Source: Eledone cirrhosa
Taxonomy: Eukaryota
Length of the DNA stretch: 64,000 nt
Reading direction: 5' to 3'
Assembly: GCA_964016885.1 (NCBI GenBank)
Contig: OZ024763.1
Span: 16,244,001-16,308,000, forward strand
Shown: in pieces, positions 39,717 through 52,889 of the stretch
How the letters are laid out: each line of letters begins with the position of its first letter
Numbering within the stretch: the stretch's first letter is position 1
Program-made: the position numbers and the translations under genes
Notes under the pieces: generated by a model
What the model saw: the letters and a program-made list of their open reading frames with translations, nothing else
Told to the model about the DNA's origin: nothing
The model's database searches: none

Positions 39717-40167
39717 ATATTGTTATACTTTGGCAGGGTCATGTTGCCAATAAAAACACGCGCACCTGTTGGTTTTCACTTCAATTTATTATACATTTCT
39801 GGTTGGTTGGTTCAATAACCGGAAGGTTTATTTATTGTCAAAGCTCTTTCGTCACACATTCTGTGACCTCCTCAGTGTCTTTTGTGTTACTCCTTTCTTC
39901 TGTCCTACACCATCTTGTTTTTGTGAGTTGTGTGCTTAGTTTGCACAAATTAAAAACCTAGTCACTAAGGAGGTCACAGAATGTGTGATGAAACAGCTTT
40001 GACAATATATAAACAACCTTCCGGTTATCGAACCAACCGGAAATTTATAATAAATTGAAGTGAAAACGAATAGGTGCATGTGTTTTTATTGGCAGCATGA
40101 CCCTCCCAAAGTATGACAATATCTGTTTCAACACATGTTTTCAGATAAGAAATCTCGCAAAACAAAG
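39717..40167 (+). mobile_element. Fold-back element (family P3) with ~160-bp arms, each with a hammerhead-like core
   Basis: Arms ~39717-39877 and ~39963-40121; GTCA-CT(G/A)AGGA-G-GTCACA-GAATG-TGTGA(C/T)-GAAA-(G/C)AGC-TT-TGAC. Confidence 0.75.
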
Positions 40168-40187
40168 TATATATATATATATATATA

Positions 40188-41507
40188 TTGTTGTTTCCTT
40201 GAGCAAGACACTTTATTTCACATTACTCCAGTTTACTCAGCTGTAGAAATGAGATGATAGGGACTGGGGTTCCTATCATTCCACTGCAAAGTGGTCGTGG
40301 AGGTGCCAGGTTAAAAAAGCACCCAGCACTCACTGTGAATGAGGTTGGTGTTAGGAAGGGCATCCAGCTGTAGAAATCAAGCCAGAATCAGTTCCCGTCC
40401 CACCCTTGCAAGCAGGGAAAAGCGGACGTAAAATGAAATGAAAATGAAAAAAATGAAATATATATAACAAATAAATGATTAATAGGGTTTTATTCCAAGC
40501 ATTAACATATGTTTCATCACTTAGTATGCAATCGATTATGTCTTAAAATCGCTATCGACAATAGTTAGTTGGTTATTGCGAAATTTGGTTTTAAATACTG
40601 CATACACTAACTGGAATATGAAAACACTGAAGGTGGCGCCAGTGGTACAACAGTTTTATACTAAATAATATAAACATTAAGATGAAAGAAATATATATAT
40701 ATTGGAGGTACATGGCTTAGTGGTTAGAGCATTGGCCTTGCAATCGAAAGGTTGTGAGTTCAATTCTCAGACCGGGTGAGGTGTTGTTTCCTTGAGCAAG
40801 ACACTATTTCATATTGCTCCAGTTTACTCAGCTGTAGAAATGAGATGATAGGGACTGGGGTCCCTATCATTCCACTGCAAAGTGGTCGTGTAGGTGCCAC
40901 GGCAAAAACCACCCAGCACTCACTGTAAATGAAGTTGGTGTTAGGAAGGGCATCCAGCTGTAGAAATCAAGCCAGAATCAGTTCCTGTCCCACCCTTGCA
41001 AGCAGGGAAAAGTGGACGTAAAATGATGAAAAAAAAATATATATATACATATATATCTATATATCTATATGTACTAAATAATATAATATATCAAGATGAA
41101 AAATAAAACAAAACGATTTGAGAGAATCATACGTTTGAGAGGCTATAAAAGATTCGCCGCATGTTGAAGATATTCCATGGTACAGAGCTCGTTACCTGAC
41201 CTGAGATAACCTTAAACGATATCTCATTTACTTTGATATATATAATTTTCATTCATTTTACGTCCACTTTTCCCTGCTTGCAAGGGTGGGACGGAAATTG
41301 ATTCTGGCTTGATTTCTACAGCTGGATACCCTTCCTAACACCAACCTCATTTACAGTGAGTGCTGGGTGCTTTTTTTCTACAGCTGAGTAAACTGGAGCA
41401 ATGTGAAATAAAGTGTCTTGCTCAAGGAAACAACACATCACCCGGTCTGAGAATTGAACTCACAACCTTTCGATTGCAAGGCCAATGCTCTAACCACTAA
41501 GCCATGT
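40188..41507. mobile_element. Cluster of SINE family A copies (40188-40445 +, 40703-41030 +, 41248-41507 - with internal deletion)
   Basis: Match to the family consensus. Confidence 0.88.
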
Positions 41508-41509
41508 GT

Positions 41510-42830
41510 GTGTATGTATATATATATAAATATATATGTATAATATATATATAATATAAATATATATATATAATATAAATATTAATATATATATAATATA
41601 AATATATATATATATATATAATATAAATATATATTATATATATATATATAATATATATATAATATAAATATATATTATATATATATATAATATATATATA
41701 TATATAATATATATATATAATATAAATATATATATAATATATATATATATAATATATATATATATATTATATATATATATAATATAAATATATATTATAT
41801 ATATATATAATATATATATATATAATATATATATATATATTATATATATATATAATATAAATATATATATATAATATATATATATAATATAAATATATAT
41901 ATAATATATATATATATAATATAAATATATATATAATATATATATATATATAATATAAATATATATATATATAATATAAATATATATAATATAAATATAT
42001 ATATATATATATAAATATATATATAATAAATATATATATAATATAAATATATATATATATAATATATATAATATAAATATAATATATATATATATAATAT
42101 ATAATATAAATATATATATAATATAAATATAAATATATATATATAATATAAATATATATATAATATAAATATATATATATAATATAAATATATATATATA
42201 TAAAAGCTCTATAGTTGTTTTGATGGCAAATTGATGTATAAAAGAAAACAACTGTAAGGTTAGTCAGTGCTTATGAATATACATATATATTTTTATACAC
42301 ACATAGATATACATATAATATATATATATAGATGTATACACACACACAGATATACATATATATGTATACACATAGATATACATATATATATATATAGATG
42401 TATACACACACACACAGATATACATATATATGTATACACATAGATATACATATAATATATATATATAGATGTATACACACACAGATATAGATATATATGT
42501 ATACATATAATATATATATATAGATGTATACACACACACAGATATACATATATATGTATACACATAGATATACATATAATATATATATATAGATGTATAC
42601 ACACAGATATAGATATATATGTATACACATAGATATACATATAATATATATATATATAGATGTATACACACACACAGATATAGATATATATGTATACACA
42701 TAGATATACATATAATATATATGTATATACACATAGATATACATATATATATTTTATATACATATATATGTATATATACGCAGATATATAATGTATATGT
42801 ATACACACACACACACACACATATATATAT
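41510..42830. repeat. Pure-AT and TA/CA minisatellite field
   Basis: Direct inspection. Confidence 0.95.
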
Positions 42831-44095
42831 AAGCAGGGAAAAGCGGATGTAAAATGATGATGATGATGTATATATACATACATGTGAAGGCACATGACTT
42901 ACTGGTTAGTGGGGGCCTATAATTATGAGGTTGTGAATTTCATTCTCAGACTGGGCTTTGCGTTGTGTCCTTGTGTCCCCTTTATTTCACGTTGCTCCAG
43001 TTTACTCAGCTAGAGAAATGAGTTGCGATGTCACTGGTGCCAAGCTGTATCAGCCATTGCCTTTCCCCTGGACATCATCAGTGTTGTGGAGAGAGAGAGA
43101 CTGCTGTGCATGGACGACTGCTGGTCTTCCACAAACAACCTTGCCTGGACTTGTGCCTCGGAGGAGAACTGTCTAGGTGTAAATCCATCGTTATTAATGA
43201 CCAATGGAAGGCGGTGGATTGGCAGTATCGGTAGAGGGTCGGACGCCATTCTTTCCAGCATAGTTACGCCCCTTTACGATCTGAGTTCAAATCCCGCCGA
43301 GGTTGACTTTGCCTTTCATCCTTACGGGGTCGATAAAATAAAGTACCAGTAATGAACTGGGTAATTGCTGGCCTTGTGCCTAAAGTAGAAACAGTTATTA
43401 ATGACCAAAGGGGGCCTTAATTTTTTACTCTATATACATACATACATACACATACATCGAGTCCAAATAAATGAGATAATGAGATCGAGATTGTGTAGGT
43501 GTTATGACAAAAAAAAAACACACACAAATACACAGTCCACGGTGTAATGTGGCCGTCCGTGTAGGTAACACGGTAAAAAGCTCCCAGTTCCACACTGTAA
43601 ATGTGGTTGGTGTTAGGAAGGGCATCCAACCATAGAAAACCCGACAGACAGTCCTATATGAGCGAGACACGGTCACCCGACCAACCTTGCCTCAAATTTG
43701 GGACAACTCCCGTCTAACCCATGCTAGCGTGGAAGATGGACGTTAAACGATGATGATGATGATGATGATGATACACACACATACATATATATATATCATG
43801 GTCATCATATATGAATTATTGAAACATGGTTGATTTTAAATTTGAACATGTGAAAACTCCAAATGCATAATATACCTTCTCCCTCCATAGAAGCACCCCT
43901 GGCCACTTTTACCCATCTTTAGGGATATTTTACCTGATTTTCTAAGGTACTATTTATATCAATTGAAGTTAAGGGCCTAAGCACATGCACGAGGGGCTGG
44001 GGTTTCTTCTCTGAACACCTGTTGTCCAGTTCTCTTGTCCACCAATTGACTTTTGTTGCAGTTATTTTTTGTGCACTTGGGGTTCTCACCATTTT

Positions 44096-44141
<46 letters not shown>

Positions 44142-44311
44142 TATAAAATCTCTCTCTCTCTCATATATATATATATAAATCTATATCGAAATATATATCG
44201 GGTGTCCCAAAACAATGTATATACACTTTGATTACCTATACAATATTTATTAGAATGCTGTTAAAGTGTCTATACAATATTTGTAACACCTTGTGTGTGT
44301 ATATATATATA

Positions 44312-44672
44312 TCATCATCATCATTTTACGTCCGCTTTTCCCTGCCTGCAAGGGTGGGACAGGAACTGATTCTGGCTTGATTTCTACAGCTGGATGCCCT
44401 TCCTAACACCAACCTCATTTACAGTGAGTGCTGGGTGCTTCTTTTTCCGTGGCGCCTACACGTCCACTTTACAGTGTCGGCTGGGTGCTTTTTTGCAGTG
44501 GAATGATAGGGACCCCAGTCCCTATCATCTCATTTCTACAGCTGAGTAAACTGGAGCAATGTGAAATAAAGTGTCTTGCTCAAGGACACAATACATCACC
44601 CGGTCCGAGAATTGAACTCACAACCTTTCGATTGCAAGGCCAATGTTCTAACCACTAAGCCATGTGCCTCCA
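44312..44672 (-). mobile_element. SINE family A
   Basis: Match to the consensus. Confidence 0.9.
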
Positions 44673-44774
44673 TATATATAACATGATGTGTGTTATGAAA
44701 TTATCTCCCCTTATATGTTAGTATATTTTTGTAAATATTGGTACTCTAATAATTTACAACTGCCACGAAATGAA

Positions 44775-44835
<61 letters not shown>

Positions 44836-44965
44836 TTATTTATATATATATAGAGAGAGAGAGAGAGATCCTCCATGCCTGTAAGATGAGGGCTCTTACT
44901 GGATTAACAAGAAATCAGATAGCCCATTTGATGTTAGCATTGGAGCGAGTGATTCCACAGAAATA

Positions 44966-45722
44966 TATCATCATCATCGTTTAATGTCTATTTTCCATGC
45001 TAGCATGGATTAGACGGGTTTGTCTCGTTGGAGGCAAGTTGGGTCAGGTGACCATGTCTCGCTCATATAGGACTGTGTCTGGCTGGATGCCCTTCTTAAC
45101 ACCAACCACATTTACTTTGTGGACTGGATGTATTTTGTTGTGACACCTACACGACCACTTTACTGTGTAGACTGGATATTTTTTGTTGTGACACCTACAC
45201 GACCAGTTTACAGTGTGGACTAGGTGCCTTTTGTCCTGACACCTACACGACCACTTTACAGTGTGGACTGGGTGTTTTTGTGATACCAACATAACTTTAC
45301 AGTGTAAGGGTAGTGTGGGCAGGGTGTGTATGGAAGGGGGTATAATGGATTAAGAGGTTCCTACTGGGTGTATGTTTGAGTCTATGTGTAAAGGAAGGCG
45401 GGTCTTCTGTATTACTGAATAACACCGAAGATCTCAATTCTCTGTCACTGTCTTTGAGAGGTTCAGTTCTGCTAGGTCAACTTTTATCACCTTGTCCCAG
45501 GTCTTCCTAGGTCTTCCTACTCCATAGCTTTCATCAAATATGATCACCCTGCATCTTTTTATACAGCTGTCGTCCTTCATACGCATCACATGACCATACT
45601 AACGCAATCTCCTCTCCAGTGTACTGCATCTGATCCCTCTTATGCCTAATTTCTCACTCAGTTCATTTACACTTTGCTGTTTGTGTATATTACTATTACA
45701 CATCCATTGGAGCATGCATGCT
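44966..45722 (-). mobile_element. RTE LINE 3' fragment whose 3'UTR holds about 4 copies of the 42-bp unit
   Basis: 45390-45722 is homologous to 14930-15260; the 3' end is the shared CCATGCTAGCATGG/(GAT)n tail. Confidence 0.85.
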
Positions 45723-46440
45723 TCATCATCATCATCATCATCATCATTTTATGTCCGCTTTTCCCTGCTTGCAAGGGTGGGACGGGAACTGATTCTGGCT
45801 TGATTTCTACAGCTGGATGCCCTTCCTAACACCAACCTCATTTACAGTGAGTGCTGGGTGCTTTTTTTGCCCTGGCACCTCCACGACCACTTTGCAGTGG
45901 AATGATAGGGACCCCAGTCCCTAACATCTCATTTCTACAGTTGAGTAAACTGGAGCAATGTGAAATAAAGTGTCTTGCTCAAGGAAACAACACATCACTC
46001 GGTTTGAGAATTGAACTCACAACCTTTCGATTGCAAGGCCAATGCTGTAACCACTAAGCCATGTGCCTCCATATATAATTTAACAATGATAACAATGGAG
46101 GCACATGGCTTAGTGGTTAGAGCATTGGCCTTGCAATCCAAAGGTTGTGAGTTCAATTCTCAGACCGGGCGATGTGTTGTTTCCTTGAGCAAGACACTTT
46201 ATTTCACATTGCTCCAGTTTACTCAGCTGTAGAAATGAGATGATAGGGACTGGGGTCCATATCATTCCACTGCAAAGTGGTCGTGGAGGTGCCACGGCAA
46301 AAAAAGCACCCAGCACTCACTGTAAATGAGGTTGGTGTTAGGAAGGGCATCCAGCTGTAGAAATCAAGCCAGAATCAGTTCCCGTCCCACCCTTGCAAGC
46401 AGGGAAAAAGCGGACGTAAAATGAAATGATGATGATGATG
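45723..46440. mobile_element. Head-to-head inverted pair of SINE-A copies (45723-46071 -, 46096-46440 +)
   Basis: Two full copies ~25 bp apart in opposite orientation. Confidence 0.92.
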
Positions 46441-46917
46441 AACAAAGGCAAGTTATTTTAAATATTCATCATCCTTTCAACATTCATTCATCCACAGTGG
46501 CAAGGACTGGGTGAATCTGCAGTAAAGCATGTGGCCATACCTGTTAGCTATTTTACCATCTCACCAATGTAACCAAACATCTTGTAATACTATCTGACCA
46601 ACCATCCTCTCCAATCTTCCCATATCTTCCTTGCTCCCTCCTTCAACTAGTAATATATAGAGAGACCTTCATTATCATCGTCATTTAACGTCCATTTTTC
46701 CCTGCTAGCAAAGGTTGGACTTTTCAGCGTCACAGACCAGTTTGTACTCAAATTGGTCTGCTGACCCCCGATAGGCCTGGAGCCCCCCACATCTAGCTTA
46801 CATAAGATTCCATGCTCTTCCGAGTATATTTCATCATGGCATCAACACTAGAGAGGTTCTCATCTTTCAAACACCCGAAGAGTCCCCCCCCCCCCGACAC
46901 TTCGTTTAGCAGGTTTC

Positions 46918-48875
46918 TATCATGGTACCGGTACTACCACCTTACAGGATGGACTGGATAGTTTTTAATCATGGTACTGGTACTACCACCTTACAGGATG
47001 GACTGGATAGTTTTTAATCATGGTACTGGTACTACCACCTTACAGGATGGACTGGATAGCTTTTTATCATGGTACTGGTACTACCACCTTACAGGATGGA
47101 CTGGATAGTTTTTAATCATGGTACTGGTACTACCACCTTACAGGATGGACTGGATAGTTTTTAATCATGGTACTGGTACTACCACCTTACAGGATGGACT
47201 GGATAGTTTTTAATCATGGTACTGGTACTACCACCTTACAGGATGGACTGGATAGTTTTTAATCATGGTACTGGTACTACCACCTTACAGGATGGACTGG
47301 ATAGTTTTTAATCATGGTACTGGTACTACCACCTTACAGGATGGACTGGATAGCTTTTTATCATGGTACTGGTACTACCACCTTACAGGGTGGACTGGAT
47401 AGTTTTTAATCATGGTACTGGTACTACCACCTTACAGGATGGACTGGATAGTTTTTAATCATGGTACTGGTACTACCACCTTACAGGATGGACTGGATAG
47501 TTTTTTATCATGGTACTGGTACTACCACCTTACAGGGTGGACTGGATAGTTTTTTATCATGGTACCGGTACTACCACCTTACAGGGTGGACTGGATAGTT
47601 TTTTATCATGGTACCGGTACTACCACCTTACAGGGTGGACTGGATAGTTTTTTTATCATGGTACCGGTACTACCACCTTACAGGGTGGACTGGATAGTTT
47701 TTTATCATGGTACCGGTACTACCACCTTACAGGGTGGACTGGATAGTTTTTTATCATGGTACCGGTACTACCACCTTACAGGGTGGACTGGATAGTTTTT
47801 TATCATGGTACCGGTACTACCACCTTACAGGGTGGACTGGATAGTTTTTTATCATGGTACTGGTACTACCACCTTACAGGGTGGACTGGATAGTTGTTTA
47901 CCATGGCAGCAGTACTAACACCTTATAGGGTGGATTAGGTGCTTTGTATCATATCACCTGCATTATCAATGTACAGGGAAGAGTGGGTGCTTTTTATCAT
48001 TGCATCAGCACTGCCACTTTCAGAGTGGATTTTTGTTATCATAACACCAGCACTACCACCTTACAGAGTAGACAGGGTACTTTTTATCATGACAGCAACA
48101 CTACCACATTACAGAGTAGACAGTACATTTTCGGGTCACTAGCACTATCTGTTTACATTATATATTGCGGTGGATTGGCAGTATCGGTAGAGGGTCGGAC
48201 GCCATGCTTTGATGCATAGAGTTACGGCCCTTGCTATTCTGAGTTTGAATCCCGCCGAGGTTAACTTTGCCTTTCATCCTTACAGGGTCGATAAAATAAA
48301 GTAGGTTAATTGCTGGCCTTGTGCCAAAAGTAGAAACAATTATATATTGGGAATATTTTATTGCGGTGCCAACATTACTACTTTCAAGTTTGTCTGGATG
48401 ATTTTTTTTGTCATCGCATCAGCACTACCACTTTACAGAGTGGACTGGGTGCTTTTTATCGTGGCACCAGTACTACCACTTTACAGATTGGACTGGGTAC
48501 TTTTTATCGTGGCACCAGTACTACCACTTTACAGATTGGACTGGGTACTTTATATCATGGCATTAGAACTACATCATTACAGAGTGGACTGGGTCCTTTT
48601 TATCTTGGCAACAGTACTACTACATCCTTACAGAATGGACTGGGTACTTTCTATTGTGGACCCGGTACTACCACCTTACAGGGTGGACAGGGTGCTTCAT
48701 ATCGTGGCACTAGTACTACATCCTTACAGGTTAGACTGGGTGCTTTTTATCTCATGGCATCAGTACTACCACCCTACAGGGTGGACTGGGTGCTTTATAT
48801 CACGGCACCAGTACTTTCACCTTACAGAATGTACTGGGTACTTTCTATTGTGGACGCAGCACTACCACCTTACAA
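46918..48875 (-). repeat. ~48-49 bp homogenised tandem array (46918-47890) grading into a degenerate array related to the RTE/SINE-A unit; SINE-B inserted at 48167-48345
   Basis: Unit ATCATGGTACTGGTACTACCACCTTACAGGATGGACTGGATAGTTTTTA; its reverse complement shares CCAGTCCA.CCTGTAAGGTGGT.GT with the 9535 array. Confidence 0.85.
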
Positions 48876-50862
48876 CACTAAAGTGCTCTGTCAGTTCTTG
48901 GTCAAGCTGAGAAACTTGCATTCATGATTTTACTTTTTTTTTTTTTTTTTACTGTTTATTCAGTGAGGACAGGGAAGTACCTTTGATCCTCCATGGCCCC
49001 CGAGACAGGTGGGAGAGAGGGAGGGAAATATATTTACTAAAATTGTAGACATGACTCAAATACTTGTAGCATAGTGGACTCTACTAAAGTCAACAACAAG
49101 TGTTTTAAAGCCATTTACCCTTCAAAGCAGGGGTTAACCATGTAGGCCTTATGATAAGCTTCTTTATTTTGCCTTATCACATACATCCTTCCTCACCAAC
49201 CACTTGGCTTTCATATTTTTCATCATCATCATCGTTTTACGTCCGTTCTTCCATGCTAGCATGGGTTAGACGGGTTGTCCTGTTGTGGGCAGTGTCCGGT
49301 CGGCTGACCTTGTCTTGCTCATACGGGAACCGATTCTGGCTCAATTTCTACAGCTGGATGCCCTTCCTAACACCAACAGTGAGTGCTAGGTGCTTTTTTT
49401 TCCGTGGCGCCTACATGTCCACTTTACAGTGAGTGCTGGGTGCTTTTATGCCGTGGCACCTCCACGACCACTTTGCAGTGGGAGGGTGTGGGGACATATT
49501 GTCTATATGCTTCAGCTTTGGCTTGTTCCTGTGGGGGGTCGGGTCTTCTTTTCTATCATATTTAGCTGTCTTTCTTGGTCTTCTTTCCACATTTTCTCAA
49601 CACAAGACCTAGCCATCTCATTCCATTTCTCTTCACAACATTGATTACTGGCTCTATTCCTCTCACCCAGTCACTTTCATCCTTCCTCAACACATGACCC
49701 AACCATCTCATTTCATTTCTCTCTACAACATTCACCTCTGGCTAGTCACTAGTCACTCTCTAACCTTGCCACTTTCATCCTTCCTCAACACATGTCTCAA
49801 CCATCTCATTCCATTCCCCTCCACAACATTCCATCACTGTCTTCCCATCATTCCTCAGCAATGCCGTGTCTGTCTTCCACTTTTTTACAATATTCCATCT
49901 AACCTATCAAACCATTCTCATTGCTTTTCTATCTCAGCCACCCCAGTTACTCAAATTGTTGACATGTCTTGCTCAAGGGTGGTGTGTTGTTTCCTTGAGC
50001 AAGACACTTTATTTCACATTGCTCCAGTTTACTCAGCTGTAGAAATGAGAAGATAGGACTAGGGTTCCTATCACTCCACTGTAAAGTGGTCGTGTAGGTG
50101 CCATGGAAAAAAAGCACCCAGCACTCACTGTAAATGAGGTTGGTGTTAGGAAGGGCATCCAGCTGTAGAAATCAAGCCAGAATCAGTTCCCGTCCCACCC
50201 TTGCAAGCAGGGAAAAGTGGACATAAAATGATGATGATTATGATGATGACTCAAATACTTTTAGCATAGTTGACCCTACCAAAGCAGGGGTTAGCCATGT
50301 AGGTCCTATATAGACTCCATGACAAGCTTCTCCATTTTGCCTTATTGCATGCATCCTTCTTCACCGACCCTTTGCCTTTCATTTCCTTCTCTATCTTATT
50401 TAGCACTGTCTTTCATGGTCTTCTTTTTCCAATCCTTCCTCAACACATGTCCTAGCCATCTCATTCCATTTCTCCTCTCATCCAGTCACTTTCAGCCATC
50501 CTCAACACATGTCCTAGCCATCTCATTCCATGTCTCCTCTCACCCAGTCACTTTCAGCCATCCTCAACACATGTCCTAGCCATCTCATTCCATGTCTCCT
50601 CTCACTCAGTCACTTTCAACCTTCCTCAACACATGTCCTAGCCATCTCATTCCATTTCTCTCCACATTTCACCACTGGCTCTATCTCCAGTCCTCAGTCT
50701 GTCTTCTACATTCTTAACAATATTCCATCTCCTCCATCAAACTATTTTCATTTCCGTTCCATCTCAACCAACCCTGTTGCTCCATGTTCATCACCACCCA
50801 TATAGGTAGTTATGCCACCTAGAAATAACACACTAATCTCCCTCAAATTGCACCTCAATGTC

Positions 50863-51357
50863 TTAACCCTTTAACATTCGCATTACTCTATATTTTCATG
50901 GTAAAGGCTTTCCCTCACATGATTCTCACATGATATCGAATCTATAAGATTTTGATATTATTTATTTTGAGACATCATGGAGGCACATGGCTGTGAGTTC
51001 AATTTTCTGACCGGGTGATGTGTTGTTTCCTTGAGCAAGACACTCTATTTCACATTGCTCCAGTTTACTCATCTGTAGAAATGAGATGATAGGGACTGGG
51101 GTCCCTATCATTCCACTGTAAAGTGGTCGTGGAGGTGCCACGGCAAAAAAGCACCCAGCCCACATTGTAAATGAGGTTGGTGTTAGGAAGGGCATCCAGC
51201 TGTAGAAATCAAGCCAGAATCAGTTCCCGTCCCACCCTTGCAAGCAGGGAAAAGCGGATGTAAAATGATGATGAGAAGCAGCCGGTTACAGCCGGTTTGA
51301 ACAGAAAGATGTGAGAATTCTGCCTGGATACAGTTGGTTTAAATGCTAAAGGGTTAA
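50863..51357 (+). mobile_element. piggyBac-like MITE family A interrupted by a SINE-A copy (~50977-51273)
   Basis: TTAACCCTTTAACATT ... AAATGCTAAAGGGTTAA. Confidence 0.88.
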
Positions 51358-52166
51358 AACAGGAATGGAAGATCACATTGGATAATATAGCCCTAGATAG
51401 ATTTATGAGGAGTTGTATAGTTCTAGGTCAGTTGATCAAAATACTCTCCAGTTGTGACCATCCTGTCTTTCTCTTAGATTGTGTATCTAGACTGACTTAA
51501 GCCAATTGGTTTTGAGCCCTGAGTGTTCCTGTTGTTTGGTTAATGGAATGGGGACTATTTGTTTCAGTTATATAAGTGGCTGAGTATTCCACAGAGGTCA
51601 GTACTGAAGACTGGTCCAACCCCTGCTAGCAGGGAGAATGGACGTTAAATACTAATGATGCATACATCTAGTGAAGCCTCCAGACCATACTGTAAAGTGA
51701 TCGTGATGGTGACACAGCAAAAAGTACCCAGCACACACTGTAAATGTGGTTAGCGTTAGGAAGGGCATTCAGTCGTAGAAACCAAGCCAGAAACAGTTCT
51801 GTATGAGCAAGACAATGCCACCTGACCCAACTTGCCTCAACTGGTTCAATCTGTCTAACCCATGCTAGCGTGGAAAATAGGTGTTAGATGGTGATGATGA
51901 TATATATCTATATATATATATATGTCATCATCATCGTTTAACGTCCATTTTTCCATGCTAGCATGGATTAAACATGTTGCCCTCAAGTCAGATCAGATGC
52001 CCGTATCTTGCTCAAACAGAACTGCTTCTGGTTTGGTTTCTACAGCTGGATGCCTTTCCTAACGCTAACCACATTTACAGTGTGTGCTGGGTACTTTTTT
52101 GTTGTGGCACTGAAACAACCACTTTACAGTGTGGACTGGACACTTTTTGTCACGTGTGTATACATG

Positions 52167-52205
<39 letters not shown>

Positions 52206-52889
52206 TCAGGTATTCCCATCCCACACCATGGAGTGGCCTCCCCTGGAGCTACGACAAAAGTGCCCATCCCTCACTGTATAGTGGTCATGTATGTGTCAAG
52301 ACAAAAGTGCCCAGTCCACAGAATAATGTGGTCTTGTAGGTGACACAACAAAAAGCACCCATAATACACTGTAATTGAGGTTGGTGTTAAGAAAGGCATC
52401 CAGCCGTAGAAACCAAGCCAACATCAGCCCTGGGTGAGCAAAACACGGTCCTCTGACCTGATTCTCTCCCAAAGGGTCAGTCTGTCTTACCCATGCTAGT
52501 GTGGAAGATGGACATTGAACGATGATGATGATGACACGCAGGTATATATATATATATATATACACACACACATGCACATGCACACACACACACACACACA
52601 CCCAAAGGTCATGTGTGTGTCTGTCTATATATGTTTCACATTGACACTGCTTCAGTGGTTGAATGTGACTTATTTAAAAACAAGAGTTAATGTTGGGAAA
52701 GGCATCTGGCCACAGAATACTGCCTCAAAAGCATGGACAAATGATATTGATGATGATATGAGGATGATATATACATTTCATATACACAAGATAGGCTTCT
52801 GCATAGTTTCCGTCTACCAAATTTTACTGAAGACATGTCGACCCAATGTGTTGTGCTATAGAAATTCACTAAGAATTAAGTTTTACAAA

